This document shows, piece after piece, positions 37,470 to 47,698 of a DNA stretch of 64,000 bases. The translations under genes and the position numbers were made by a program. The stretch is from a virus. Location: the IMG/VR virus record IMGVR_UViG_3300025853_000033; one strand, given 5' to 3'. The notes under the pieces are model-generated. The model searched no databases. It was not told the DNA's origin and saw only the letters and a program-made list of their open reading frames with translations. Within the stretch, counting starts at the first letter, position 1; every line of letters starts with the position of its first letter.

Positions 37470-37480
37470 GTGAGCGAGAG

Positions 37481-38203
37481 CTATGCGAAAAAATCAGATA
37501 GACCCTCCAATACTACTTTGCTTTTAACGCTTGTATTTGGATTAGTAATTTCAATCTCGTGAGTTAGTTTTGGCATTGTCTCAAAAAATAACTCAATTTT
37601 TTTAAACTGTTCAGAATTCATTTGTTCCAAAAAAGAAATAAGTTCTTTTTTAGTTGTATCTGATGCAGCCCAACTTTCTTCTTCTGTGTAAATTTGATCT
37701 ATACACGAAGCAATCAAATCAAAAGATTGCTCGATACTATTTTTTGCATTAAAATCAAAATTATTTTTAATGAATTGATCCAGTGAAGGATACTTCATCT
37801 CCATTGCAATGGTATCATCTATTTTAATTTGATTTGTGTGTTCATCCAATTTTTTCACTGAAATATCGTCAATATTGATTTTAACTGGTACTACAGTTTC
37901 ATTATCATCTGGACATATAATATTTACATCCAACTCTTCACCAACTGACTTACCTCTAATATTCAAAAATAAATATTCAATATCAAAAGTTGGAAGTTTT
38001 TCAACCTTTACGTTTTTAGTAAGAACACAATTTCTTATAACATTTTTAATTGCAGAAGTGATTTGTTTGGTATCTTCACTTTCCAATGCAATTACTAAGA
38101 GTTTTTCCTCTTTTACCAAAAAAGGTCTGTATTCAATCAAATCTCCAGTAGAAGGAATTTCAAGCTCATATGTTGGAGTAGATATTGTAGGCAATGGCAT
38201 AAT
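37481..38203 (-). CDS. gp26: Baseplate hub subunit
   Basis: MPLPTISTPTYELEIPSTG..IEYRPFLVKEEK...FDIEYLFLNIRGKSVGE...LEGLSDFF. Confidence 0.9.
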   Translation of the reverse strand: MMPLPTISTPTYELEIPSTGDLIEYRPFLVKEEKLLVIALESEDTKQITSAIKNVIRNCVLTKNVKVEKLPTFDIEYLFLNIRGKSVGEELDVNIICPDDNETVVPVKINIDDISVKKLDEHTNQIKIDDTIAMEMKYPSLDQFIKNNFDFNAKNSIEQSFDLIASCIDQIYTEEESWAASDTTKKELISFLEQMNSEQFKKIELFFETMPKLTHEIEITNPNTSVKSKVVLEGLSDFFA

Positions 38204-38229
38204 TTTCAAAATAAAAATCAGGTTATATT

Positions 38230-38237
38230 TATTTATA
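38230..38237 (-). promoter_or_regulatory. T4 late promoter TATAAATA
   Basis: Exact consensus about 27 nt upstream of gp26. Confidence 0.8.
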
Positions 38238-38251
38238 ACTGATTTTTTAAA

Positions 38252-39091
38252 TTATCTACCACTTGGTCTAATTGAACCCCTAGGTGCGCTAGCAGCATCC
38301 CTATTTTGAGCAGATTGTCTTAAAGAGTTCTCTCTTGCTTGTTTTCTAGCATCTTCAAGTTGTTGCTGACTATATCTCCAAGAATTGCTCTGTTCTTCTC
38401 CATCTACTCCTGGAGTTGAAGGTCTATCAGTTTGTGGTTGAGATAACTCAGTACTATAAACTTCTCTTTTAATATAATATCTACTATAACTAATACTAAC
38501 AGTAGCTTTTAAGGTATCAGATGCATCATAACTAATTGGCATAGATGATATTGATAATGGAAATGCTTCTGTAAAATAATATCCTAAAAACTCTTTAGAT
38601 CCCGAAGTTACTTTTGATCCCAAATCTCTTTCATATTTTGCAATTCTAATCTCAGATTTATAGTCTGTAGGATATCTTATCCTAGTATAAAAATCTGGAC
38701 CATCCATTCTACCAATAATATCTTCACCAGAAGCATACTTCATCCACATTTCAAAAAATCTAATTTGTTGGTAGTTACTATCTTTAGTAACTAAAAAAGT
38801 AAGATCTATAGAATTATCATACATTCTTCTATAAATGTTTTTTTGGGAAACTCCCATATAATCATTATCAATATCTATTGTCGCTAGTTGAGATCCTGGT
38901 AAAGAAGCTTCTATACAAGTCAATTCAAATAGTTCTTTATCATAGTCTAACCCCAATTCAGAATTTATCTGACTTAATAAATTTGATGGAGGTACAATAT
39001 CAACACTATAAAAAGATGTAAGAGCTGGATTCAATATCCTGCTCTTAAGAGTGCTCATATTAACACCAGGATTTACTGGTATATTTGACAT
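38252..39091 (-). CDS. Tail tube / baseplate tube initiator (gp19/gp54 family)
   Basis: CIEASLPG...YRRMYD.SIDLTF...FFEMWM...AFPLSI..MPISY.....LKATVS.SY. Confidence 0.75.
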   Translation of the reverse strand: MSNIPVNPGVNMSTLKSRILNPALTSFYSVDIVPPSNLLSQINSELGLDYDKELFELTCIEASLPGSQLATIDIDNDYMGVSQKNIYRRMYDNSIDLTFLVTKDSNYQQIRFFEMWMKYASGEDIIGRMDGPDFYTRIRYPTDYKSEIRIAKYERDLGSKVTSGSKEFLGYYFTEAFPLSISSMPISYDASDTLKATVSISYSRYYIKREVYSTELSQPQTDRPSTPGVDGEEQSNSWRYSQQQLEDARKQARENSLRQSAQNRDAASAPRGSIRPSGR

Positions 39092-39133
39092 CTAAATACA
39101 AGTGTATACGTTATATTATATGTAGACAACTTA

Positions 39134-39577
39134 ATGAACGAAAGTATTAAAAGTAAGTATAAACCTTCATATCCCAAAAAATATAAGGGAAATCCCAACA
39201 ATATTATTTGTAGGAGTAGTTGGGAGAGAAAATTTTGTTCTTACTGTGACTTAAATGAAAATATAATAGAATGGGCAAGTGAAGAATTCTTTATTCCTTA
39301 CGTCTCTCCAATAGACAACAAAGTCCATAGATATTTTCCAGATTTTATTATAAAAGTTAAAGAGAGTAAAGGTTCAATAAAAACCTATGTTGTCGAAATA
39401 AAACCCAAAAGGCAAACTATTGCACCAGTAAAAAAATCAAGAGTCACAAAATCTTTTATACATGAATGCAAAACTTATGCCATAAATCAAGCAAAATGGA
39501 AAGCAGCAGATGAATGGTGTAAGGATAGATTGTTGGAATTTAAAATAATAACAGAAGATAACCTAGGTATAAAGTAA
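39134..39577 (+). CDS. gp4: Head completion nuclease
   Basis: YKGNPNNIICRSSWERKF...WASEE...HRYFPDF...VEIKP...AINQAKWKAA. Confidence 0.92.
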   Translation: MNESIKSKYKPSYPKKYKGNPNNIICRSSWERKFCSYCDLNENIIEWASEEFFIPYVSPIDNKVHRYFPDFIIKVKESKGSIKTYVVEIKPKRQTIAPVKKSRVTKSFIHECKTYAINQAKWKAADEWCKDRLLEFKIITEDNLGIK

Positions 39578-40219
39578 ATGCCAAAAAATACTCTTTTCGA
39601 AGATCTAAGAGAAGAAGTGCAGTATGAAGAAGGAAGGTCTCCTTTCTTTTATAGGAGAGCATTTAAAAGATTAACTCAAAAATATATTGGTAGAGAAAAT
39701 AAACTAATACTTGAAGAAAAATTAGACTCTACAGAAGAAGAAGAAAATCAAGATAAAAATGTATTAAGAAGATATCCAAGAACTGGTCACATATACTTAT
39801 TTGAATACAAAACAGAAGAAAAAAATTTAAGTATATTTGACCCCTTTCCTTTAGTATATGTAATCAAGTTTAATAGTAAAGAATTTACAGGATGCAATTT
39901 ACACCTAATACATCCAAATAAAAGAAAATATGTAATAGATAATTTAAAAAACGATAAAATTACTTTACCGTATAATACAATATCTAAATATATAATATCA
40001 CAAGTTGATGGTTTATTATTGGATATTGCATTTGATGAGTGGGAAGTTGCATCAAATTTACCTATAGAAAATTTGATCTCTATAAAAGATGGTAAAAGAA
40101 GAGATCTTCCTTTATTTGATGTTTGGAAAGAAAAAAACAAAACATTTAGAAAAATGTTAGTTGGAACTAGGATCTATAAATCTTATGGATCAAAAGAACA
40201 AAACTTTAAAGGCAATTAA
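39578..40219 (+). CDS. gp2: DNA end protector protein
   Basis: YLFEY...FDPFPLV...FTGCNLHLI; follows gp4. Confidence 0.75.
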   Translation: MPKNTLFEDLREEVQYEEGRSPFFYRRAFKRLTQKYIGRENKLILEEKLDSTEEEENQDKNVLRRYPRTGHIYLFEYKTEEKNLSIFDPFPLVYVIKFNSKEFTGCNLHLIHPNKRKYVIDNLKNDKITLPYNTISKYIISQVDGLLLDIAFDEWEVASNLPIENLISIKDGKRRDLPLFDVWKEKNKTFRKMLVGTRIYKSYGSKEQNFKGN

Positions 40220-40221
40220 AA

Positions 40222-41598
40222 ATGGCTGAACCAGCAGCAAAAGAAGTAACTATAGACGGAAAAAAGGCTTGGGTATCAAAACCAAGACCATTAAAAAATA
40301 CTGGTGCAAAAGTATCAACGGTATTTTTTCCAGATACTGGAAGAACAGTATTGGTACAAAGAACCTACGCGGCTTTTGGTGGGTTGTTGGATGTAGATCT
40401 TAACAAAACTCTTGCCGAAAAAAAGGATGATACATGGGAACCAGGACCAAATGCAGCAAACGATTATTTGGGTGTAAAAAAAGATTTAGAAGAAGATTCA
40501 AATTATACTAGCGCATTAAATTCTTCGGTAGAAAGCACTATAAAAACAGTGTATGCAGAAAAAAATGATGGTAAACTACCGACCCCAAATCAAATAACAT
40601 TAATATCAAAAGGAAAGGGGGTAGTAAATGCAGATGAAAAAGATTCTAAAGACAACCAAGATCCTGATCAACAAGAACCAGCAACTATAAATGATGGAGT
40701 ATCTGGTTTAACTGATGTAACCGATGCTTTTTCTGCGTTATCAGAACAAATTAAAGCAGAATCTGCATCAGTAAGATCTTTAGATAGATTATCCTATCCA
40801 GAAAATTTTCCAGAAAACATGGATTACATAATATTTGAATCCAAATCTTATGGAACAAAAACATTTGATTCATCTACATTCGGATTCGGATCAAGAACAA
40901 ACGAATCTATAGGTGAATCTATAAAATTACCAATACAACCATCAATATCTGATGGAAATAGTGTTGGATGGAATGAACAAACAATGAATCCAGCACAAAT
41001 AGCAGGGGCTGATCTTGCTATAGGTGGGATAACTGGTGGAGCAGAGGGTTTTATAAATTCACTATCAAATAAAATTGCAGCTGGTCAAGGTGCATCTACA
41101 GATGTAGAAGCTGCTATTATCGCATACTTTACACAACAAGCAACTGGTGCTCAAATATTACCCAAACTTGGTGGAGCAGTATTTAATCCAAATACCGAAT
41201 TGTTATTCCAAGGTCCACAATTAAGACCTTTTAATTTTACATTTAAACTGACACCAAGATCAGATACGGAATCAGAAAGAGTTAAGAAAATAATAGGATT
41301 TTTTAAGCGTAATATGGCAGCAAAAACCAGTAACTCTCAACTATACTTAAAAGCACCAAATGTATTTGGAATAAGATATTATTTAAATGGACAAGAAGAT
41401 CATCCTGGAATTAATTTAATTAAAGATTGTGCTTTGCAATCATGTGTAGTAAATTACACTCCACAAGGAAGTTATATGGCATATAAAGATGGTGGAATGG
41501 CATCATATGACATATCATTACAGTTCATGGAGTTAGAACCAGTATACTCCAAAGATTATGATGATGATAGAGCAGCAAACCATCTAATAGGATACTAA
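40222..41598 (+). CDS. gp48: Baseplate tail tube cap
   Basis: IKLPIQ.SISD.NSV.W...NPNTELLFQGPQLRPFNFTFKLTPRS...CAL.SC.VNYTP...L.FMELEP. Confidence 0.88.
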   Translation: MAEPAAKEVTIDGKKAWVSKPRPLKNTGAKVSTVFFPDTGRTVLVQRTYAAFGGLLDVDLNKTLAEKKDDTWEPGPNAANDYLGVKKDLEEDSNYTSALNSSVESTIKTVYAEKNDGKLPTPNQITLISKGKGVVNADEKDSKDNQDPDQQEPATINDGVSGLTDVTDAFSALSEQIKAESASVRSLDRLSYPENFPENMDYIIFESKSYGTKTFDSSTFGFGSRTNESIGESIKLPIQPSISDGNSVGWNEQTMNPAQIAGADLAIGGITGGAEGFINSLSNKIAAGQGASTDVEAAIIAYFTQQATGAQILPKLGGAVFNPNTELLFQGPQLRPFNFTFKLTPRSDTESERVKKIIGFFKRNMAAKTSNSQLYLKAPNVFGIRYYLNGQEDHPGINLIKDCALQSCVVNYTPQGSYMAYKDGGMASYDISLQFMELEPVYSKDYDDDRAANHLIGY

Positions 41599-41599
41599 A

Positions 41600-43960
41600 A
41601 TGACCCAAGAATATTTTAAAAAAGTACCAAATTTCGAATATATCAGTAGAGATTCGAATAACTCTCCACTGTCAGACTATACCGAAGTAAAAAACTTATT
41701 TAAAAGAGCAAAAATAAGAGATGATATTTTTCAAAATTTAAGTTATTTTGAAAAATATACAATTGTCGGTGAAGAGCGTCCAGATGATGTAGCGTATAAA
41801 TTCTATGATGACCCAACACTTGACTGGGTAATTTTACTTGCAAACAATATACAAAATCTCTATGACGAATGGCCAAAGTCACAATCATGCCAAAATGAAT
41901 ATTTACTAGAAAAATATGGAAGTTATGACAATCTATATAATGGAATACATCATTATGAAACTATAAATGTGACAGATTACTTAGGTAAGTTAATTATAGA
42001 AAAAGGTGTTACAGTAACTGAATCATATTATAATGCTCCAGAATTTATTGTAGAAACAGATAAATCAATTAATCTACCAATTACAGTTCCAGGAATACCT
42101 GCACAAATATCTGCACAAGCATCTAATGGAAGATTAACAAATTTAACTCTAGTATCTACAGGTTTAGGATACACAGGATCTGTAGAGGTTTTCATATCTC
42201 CACCAAATGATCCAGTTCAAGCATTAGTAGAGTTTGAATTAAATGATCCTCCAGCAAATAGGGAAGTTGGAGATTTTACAATAATTGATTCAGGATCTGG
42301 ATATACTGTCCAACCAGCAATAACATTTAGTGATCCAGAGGAAACAATACCATGCCAACTAGAAGCTGTAATTGATGGTTCTGGAGCTTTAACTTCTATT
42401 AATATATTAAATCCTGGAGAAGGATATACTTTTTTACCCACAATTACTATTGATACTCCAAGTGACATATTCTCAAATGCAATCTTAGATACAACATCAA
42501 CTCTTACCGTAGAGGCAAGTGGTTGGGAAGGATTTTACCTTGATCCTTCAGGAACTAGAGCATACACATGTCATGGTAATAATTCATACACTGAAGGAAT
42601 AGTAGAATATTATACATTCAATTCATCTTTTGATATTTCAAATGGAACAAAAATATCAGAACTAGACTTATCATCAAGTTTTGAGTACTTAACTGGAATA
42701 GAATTTAGACCTGATGGTTCAAGATTCTATGTGACGGGATTGACTTCAAGTGGATTCTTTATTCATCAATATAATCTGTCTGCAAGATGGAATATAACAA
42801 CAGCTACACTTTCTGGAACATTTGCGATTTCGGAGTGTGCAGGAATTAGATTTAGAGATACTGGATCAAGTTTTTTTGTAGTTGATTTAGCAAACCCAGA
42901 TACTATCAAAGAGTATGAACTTTATGATGATTGGAATATTAATGCAACATTTGCCAACCCAGTAAGAACTGTAGATATTAATGACATTACTGGAGAATCT
43001 TCAGTAAGAGGATTTTCCTTCAAAGATGATGGTTCAAAAATGTTTGTGTCTGGAACGGATACAAACTCTGTTCATATACTAGAATTAAGCACTAACTGGG
43101 ATTTAGGTACGTTAACTTTAATAGGAAGCAAAAATACATCCTCAGAAGATAGTATTCCATTGGATGCTTACATGGATCCCACAGAAACTGTAATTATAAC
43201 TGGTGGTTCAAATACAAATAAATTTTATGCTTATGATACAGATATCAGAGCAACTGCTACTGCTGTTTTGGGAATAGGAACTACTTCAGAGCAAGTTACA
43301 GACATAATAGTAACAAAACAGGGATCAGGTTACAGTCAAGAAAATCCCCCATCTGTAACTATACAACCACCAGTAAGAGCAAGAAGAGCAGTTGGTTTTG
43401 TTCTAATTGATAATAACCAAGTAAAGGATATTATTATTACTGATCCTGGTTATAACTATAAATCTCCACCAACTGCAGTAATTGATGAACCTCTTCCAAG
43501 AATTACTGCAAAAGGATACGCAACCGTACAATCTGGAAAAATTGTACAAATTGCATTGACAAATCCAGGTTTTGGTTATACAACTAATCCAACAGTAACA
43601 TTATCAGATCCAGGACCACTATATCAACCAGAAAAAGATGAAATTTTTATCTCCAATGGTCAGGAGTGGAAATATGATGGATTTGATTGGACTAGAAGAT
43701 TATCTTATGGAACTTTATATACAGATACTTTCCTAAATTCAAGAATAGAGGTTCCTGGTAATAAATCTTCTATTCCAGTAACAAACTTTATGTATGAAGA
43801 AAGATTAGAGACTAAAAAAAGATCAATCTTTATATTAAAGAGAGAATATTTAAACTTAGTCCTAGATGACATTGAATCTATAATGGAATATAAAAAGGGT
43901 TCTGAACAATATGTGTCCAGAACCCTTAAAAGAGGATATAATCCTTTCTTCTTTAATTAA
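41600..43960 (+). CDS. gp53: Baseplate wedge protein with a large internal insertion
   Basis: N-terminal YF..VPNFEY...ERPDDVAYKFY.DP.LDWVILLAN...IHHYET and C-terminal VTNF.YEERLETKKRSIFILK; about 570 aa of extra beta-rich sequence between them. Confidence 0.85.
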   Translation: MTQEYFKKVPNFEYISRDSNNSPLSDYTEVKNLFKRAKIRDDIFQNLSYFEKYTIVGEERPDDVAYKFYDDPTLDWVILLANNIQNLYDEWPKSQSCQNEYLLEKYGSYDNLYNGIHHYETINVTDYLGKLIIEKGVTVTESYYNAPEFIVETDKSINLPITVPGIPAQISAQASNGRLTNLTLVSTGLGYTGSVEVFISPPNDPVQALVEFELNDPPANREVGDFTIIDSGSGYTVQPAITFSDPEETIPCQLEAVIDGSGALTSINILNPGEGYTFLPTITIDTPSDIFSNAILDTTSTLTVEASGWEGFYLDPSGTRAYTCHGNNSYTEGIVEYYTFNSSFDISNGTKISELDLSSSFEYLTGIEFRPDGSRFYVTGLTSSGFFIHQYNLSARWNITTATLSGTFAISECAGIRFRDTGSSFFVVDLANPDTIKEYELYDDWNINATFANPVRTVDINDITGESSVRGFSFKDDGSKMFVSGTDTNSVHILELSTNWDLGTLTLIGSKNTSSEDSIPLDAYMDPTETVIITGGSNTNKFYAYDTDIRATATAVLGIGTTSEQVTDIIVTKQGSGYSQENPPSVTIQPPVRARRAVGFVLIDNNQVKDIIITDPGYNYKSPPTAVIDEPLPRITAKGYATVQSGKIVQIALTNPGFGYTTNPTVTLSDPGPLYQPEKDEIFISNGQEWKYDGFDWTRRLSYGTLYTDTFLNSRIEVPGNKSSIPVTNFMYEERLETKKRSIFILKREYLNLVLDDIESIMEYKKGSEQYVSRTLKRGYNPFFFN

Positions 43961-44916
43961 CTGTTAGCAAGGCGTTGGAAGAAACTCATAGCATCATCAT
44001 CTTCAGAATCAACCGAAGAAGTTGAAGACATTGAATCCAACTCATCTTTCATAGATTGTGGCATAGAAGGTGCTGGTTTTGATTCTTTACGAGATTCAAA
44101 ACTTGGAGTGAAGGATCCGCGATCAACATCTTCACCTTCAAGTTCTTCATCAATGTTTTGAAGGCGGGGAGTTCCTTTCTTACCAAGAACATAATCCAAA
44201 CGTGTTTGGAGTTCTTCGTAACTCTTGAATTGCTTAGGATCTACAAGTTCAGTGAGAGAATACTGCTTCTTCCAAATTGCTTCAAGAGCATCATCATCAT
44301 CCAGAAGAGCACCAGGACGATCAAACTCAGAAGAATCATAGTTCCAGTAACCTGCAACTTTTTTGATCTTCAGTTTAAAGTTGGCACCTTGCCAGAAGTC
44401 AAAGGGATTGATTGGAGTTTCATCTTCAAATTCAGGTTGCATTGCTTCCATAATCTTATCAAAGATCTTCTTACCGTATTTAAAGAGGAAGACACGACCT
44501 TCGTTTTCTGGATGCGCCTTATCTTGAACAACGTAAATATTGCTATAGTAAGACAGTTTACGCTTTTGCTTTTGACTTACAATGTCCTTTTTAGATTGCT
44601 CCCCACTGTTCCAGAGTTCGCGATTCAGTTCTGAGACAGGATCTTTTTGACCCAGAGTTGTGAGAGAATTTTCAATATACCATCCACCAGGGCCTTGGAA
44701 TGCATGGGTCCAAAGTTTTGCCCAGGGAAGATCTTCCTGATTAGGAGCAGGAAGGAAGCGGATTACTGCATAACCATTACCAGTTTTATCGAGTTCTGGT
44801 TTCCAAAGGCGATCATCAGCACCACCAGAACTATTACTCATTTTTTCGACTTCTTTGACCAGTTTTTGGGTCAAAGAACCGAGAGAAGATTGTTTTTTGA
44901 GATCAGAAAAAGACAT
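43957..44916 (-). CDS. gp32: Single-stranded DNA-binding protein
   Basis: GNGYAVIRFLP...WTHAFQGPGGWYIENSLTTLGQKDPV...GANFKLKI...YWNYD; acidic C-terminal tail. Confidence 0.97.
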   Translation of the reverse strand: MSFSDLKKQSSLGSLTQKLVKEVEKMSNSSGGADDRLWKPELDKTGNGYAVIRFLPAPNQEDLPWAKLWTHAFQGPGGWYIENSLTTLGQKDPVSELNRELWNSGEQSKKDIVSQKQKRKLSYYSNIYVVQDKAHPENEGRVFLFKYGKKIFDKIMEAMQPEFEDETPINPFDFWQGANFKLKIKKVAGYWNYDSSEFDRPGALLDDDDALEAIWKKQYSLTELVDPKQFKSYEELQTRLDYVLGKKGTPRLQNIDEELEGEDVDRGSFTPSFESRKESKPAPSMPQSMKDELDSMSSTSSVDSEDDDAMSFFQRLANS

Positions 44917-44990
44917 TGATAAACCTCAGATTTTTTTGTACGTATTTGGCTTTTGTGTACTCTTAGGGCACTTGCGGCGAGTACAGACCT

Positions 44991-45019
44991 ATAATAGAGC
45001 AAGTGCCCGCAGGTGTCAA
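44991..45019 (-). promoter_or_regulatory. Sigma70-type promoter of gp32
   Basis: TTGACA (45014-45019), 17 bp, TATTAT (44991-44996). A 10-bp IR GGGCACTTGC/GCAAGTGCCC lies at 44966-44975 and 44999-45008. Confidence 0.85.
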
Positions 45020-45360
45020 CCCTCGCTTTGAATCCTGTCCTTCATTTTTTCTACCATTTTTTCCATATTAGCAAAAAGAACTGTCATATCAACATTTTCT
45101 GGAAGTCCCATACTAGCAGCAGAAGTCCTTATATTATTTTTCATTTCCACAGCTTTGGGATCATCAGAGAGTTTAATTCTAGTATAGAGAATTTTTTGTT
45201 TTTCTAACAAAGATTCTAAAATGCCAACATGTTCTAACTTTTGATCTTTGTTCATGGTATAAAAATTAAACATACTAGCATAAAGCCTTTCTTGAAGGTT
45301 ATTAATACTATCAATTTCTCCTTTTATTATATCAGATTCAAAAAAACTCATAGCACACAA
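45016..45360 (-). CDS. Conserved cyanophage protein (DUF1825-like)
   Basis: FFESDII...LLEKQKILYTRIKLSDDP.A..MK; usual position between gp59 and gp32. Confidence 0.7.
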   Translation of the reverse strand: MCAMSFFESDIIKGEIDSINNLQERLYASMFNFYTMNKDQKLEHVGILESLLEKQKILYTRIKLSDDPKAVEMKNNIRTSAASMGLPENVDMTVLFANMEKMVEKMKDRIQSEG

Positions 45361-45938
45361 TCCTTTATCATTTTTCGGTACTTAAAGATATCAATATTTA
45401 TGAAAGGATCATATTTTTTAATAATTTTAGATATTAATCCCCAAACTGGATCATCTGGCATTTTTTTATTAAAATCTTTTGTAAAATATAAAATTTTATC
45501 AATTATAACAACAGTTTCTAGACAAATACTACCATCTAGATATTTTTTTAGTATAGGGGGATGACCTGAAGAACAATCAAATAAAGATTCTATATTAAAC
45601 TGACTAAGAAGAGTTTCTACTTCATTAGAAAAAACATAAGATAGTGACTGATTTCTCATTTTCCAAGAAGAATACACAGATTCACCATTTCTTATAATAT
45701 CACCAATCCAAAGAGAATTTGGATCCTGGGATTGGACAAAATTTGAGACAAAGAAATTTATTACCTCTTTTTCATTTTTTTGTCTACTTAGTTTTTCAAA
45801 CCAATATCTATCCTTTCTTTTATAAAAAGACTGTATTGATGCATTTGTTTTACCACAGTATTTGTGGTAGTCATATTTATCTTTCGTAAAATGATTTTTT
45901 ATTGAAAGATATGTCTTGTATACTTCAAAGGGTGTCAT
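45348..45938 (-). CDS. gp59: Helicase loader
   Basis: MTPFEVYKTYLSIKNHFTKDKYDYHKYCGK...FYKRKDRYWFEKLSR. Confidence 0.9.
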   Translation of the reverse strand: MTPFEVYKTYLSIKNHFTKDKYDYHKYCGKTNASIQSFYKRKDRYWFEKLSRQKNEKEVINFFVSNFVQSQDPNSLWIGDIIRNGESVYSSWKMRNQSLSYVFSNEVETLLSQFNIESLFDCSSGHPPILKKYLDGSICLETVVIIDKILYFTKDFNKKMPDDPVWGLISKIIKKYDPFINIDIFKYRKMIKDCVL

Positions 45939-45998
45939 AATTATAAAAAGGGGTTTTTGCGAAAAATTGTCGGGATAAATTTTCCGACCTTTTTCGAA

Positions 45999-46268
45999 TT
46001 AAAAAACTAATTTCGCCCTGGATGTTCTCTTTAAAAAGTTTAATTCTATTGCATCGTACTTTAATTTTTCTTTTAATGGTTTTGATATAAGTTTTGGTAC
46101 AGATTCAATATCAATATTATTTTTACTACAAAAATGAATTATTGCATCAATATAATTCATATCTTTGTTATCTCTTACCAATATTTCAATTTCTGTTGAA
46201 AATTTTGAAGGACAAAAAAATTTTTTATCCAATGCTTTTTGTAATTCTTCTTCTATTTTAACTGACAT
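45999..46268 (-). CDS. gp33: Late promoter transcription coactivator
   Basis: KFSTEIE...YIDAIIHFC..N.IDIESVPKLISKPLKEKLK..A..LNFLK. Start moved to the ATG at 46268. Confidence 0.85.
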   Translation of the reverse strand: MSVKIEEELQKALDKKFFCPSKFSTEIEILVRDNKDMNYIDAIIHFCSKNNIDIESVPKLISKPLKEKLKYDAIELNFLKRTSRAKLVF

Positions 46269-46935
46269 AGGATTCAAGTCTAAAGTTGACGAACTCTCTG
46301 ATGTACTCTGTAAGTAATCTAATATACTTTTCTTTATCGTATTCTTCATAAACAACACACTCTCCATTTTCACAAGACATGATAATTACTAGTTTTTTTA
46401 CAGATATTCCTGTTAATTCATACAACATACAACCATAAGCCATACACTGTACAAAATAATGTTCAATCCATTCTTTTGGTTTTGGTTTTTTTGAAGTTTT
46501 GAAGTCTATTATTGCTAATTCTCCGTTGTACTCAGCAATACAATCTACTGTTCCAGCTACACCAAGAACTTTACTATACAAAGATCCTTCAAGAGCATGA
46601 ATATTATTTATCTTACCTAATTCATACTTTGCTATTTTGAATAGATACTCTGACAAAGGTTGAACTTTTGGTAATTCCTCATTCTTAAGATGATACTCAA
46701 CAAGAGTGTGCATATCAGTTCCACGACTTGTTGCTGCTCTTGTAATTTTGTCCGCTTTTTCTTCACCTATTTTTTTACGCCAGTTTGCAAAAAACTGGCG
46801 ATTTTTATGACTGGTTACTGAGGTAATAGAAACTAATTTAATTAGTTCTTCTTCTGTAGGTACTTTATAGTACCTAACTCCATCAATAGTCTCCCTCTCA
46901 AGACGAGGGAGGTCCAATTCAACATGATTAAACAT
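46258..46935 (-). CDS. Exonuclease (PD-(D/E)xK, cyanophage exonuclease A type)
   Basis: SITSV...RGTDMH...AGTVDCIAEYNGELAIIDFKTS...YFVQCMAY. Confidence 0.85.
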   Translation of the reverse strand: MFNHVELDLPRLERETIDGVRYYKVPTEEELIKLVSITSVTSHKNRQFFANWRKKIGEEKADKITRAATSRGTDMHTLVEYHLKNEELPKVQPLSEYLFKIAKYELGKINNIHALEGSLYSKVLGVAGTVDCIAEYNGELAIIDFKTSKKPKPKEWIEHYFVQCMAYGCMLYELTGISVKKLVIIMSCENGECVVYEEYDKEKYIRLLTEYIREFVNFRLESYVS

Positions 46936-47693
46936 TAAAATCCTAATTCATTTTTTGCAATAAGGTATTCTTTACACAATCCAGAACGTACAATATCTTC
47001 AAGACCAAACTCAATAATATCAAACGACGGCATTGCTCTAAGAATCTTCATAAAATCGATGATACCATTCCTTTCATTTGTTTTTTGTAAATCAGATTGA
47101 GTAGCATCTCCACAAAAACAAATTTTAGTATGCTCACCTGCCCTAGTAATTATACTATCAAGTTCATGAAAATTCAAATTTTGAAACTCATCAACGATGA
47201 TAATAGACTTATCTAAAGTAGTGCCTCTGAGAAAAGAAGTTGACCAAAAACTAATAGTTCCCTGAGTTTTTAAATTTCCATACAACATTTCAAACTCAGA
47301 GTCAGTTGCCATTTGGAACATATATTTAACCATATTTTTGTAAGGAATCTGATAGATATCAGCCTTATCTTCATGGGTTCCAGGTAAAAATCCAATCTCT
47401 CTAGTAGCAACTAAAGACCTAACAATATAAATTTTTTCATATGGAGTATGTTCATCAAGAACATCCTTCAATGCATTAAAAAGAGTGATAAAAGTTTTAC
47501 CTGTACCTGCTGCACCATAAGCAACTAGATTTTTATCATCATCAAAACTATCAAACAATCTTTCTTGGTTATCAGTTAATGGTTCAACATTAAGAAGATA
47601 ATCTGAATTAATTGGTTTCCTTCTTTTCATTTGCTTTGCAGTCATTCCAACACCAATTGGTTGTAACTCAGATCCTCTTTTTTTTCTTGGCAT
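46935..47693 (-). CDS. phoH: PhoH family ATPase
   Basis: GAAGTGKT, RSLV, GFLPG, SFLRGTTL, DEFQN, GDATQSD. Confidence 0.95.
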   Translation of the reverse strand: MPRKKRGSELQPIGVGMTAKQMKRRKPINSDYLLNVEPLTDNQERLFDSFDDDKNLVAYGAAGTGKTFITLFNALKDVLDEHTPYEKIYIVRSLVATREIGFLPGTHEDKADIYQIPYKNMVKYMFQMATDSEFEMLYGNLKTQGTISFWSTSFLRGTTLDKSIIIVDEFQNLNFHELDSIITRAGEHTKICFCGDATQSDLQKTNERNGIIDFMKILRAMPSFDIIEFGLEDIVRSGLCKEYLIAKNELGF

Positions 47694-47698
47694 GTGCT

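Noticed and set aside
44990-44995. Plus-strand promoter mirroring the gp32 promoter (TATAAT)
   Set aside because: No -35 at acceptable spacing and no extended -10 TG.
45940-45990. TATAAT box and imperfect hairpin upstream of gp59
   Set aside because: The hexamer is only 1 nt from the ATG and has no -35. The hairpin is imperfect, and I could not assign it a function.
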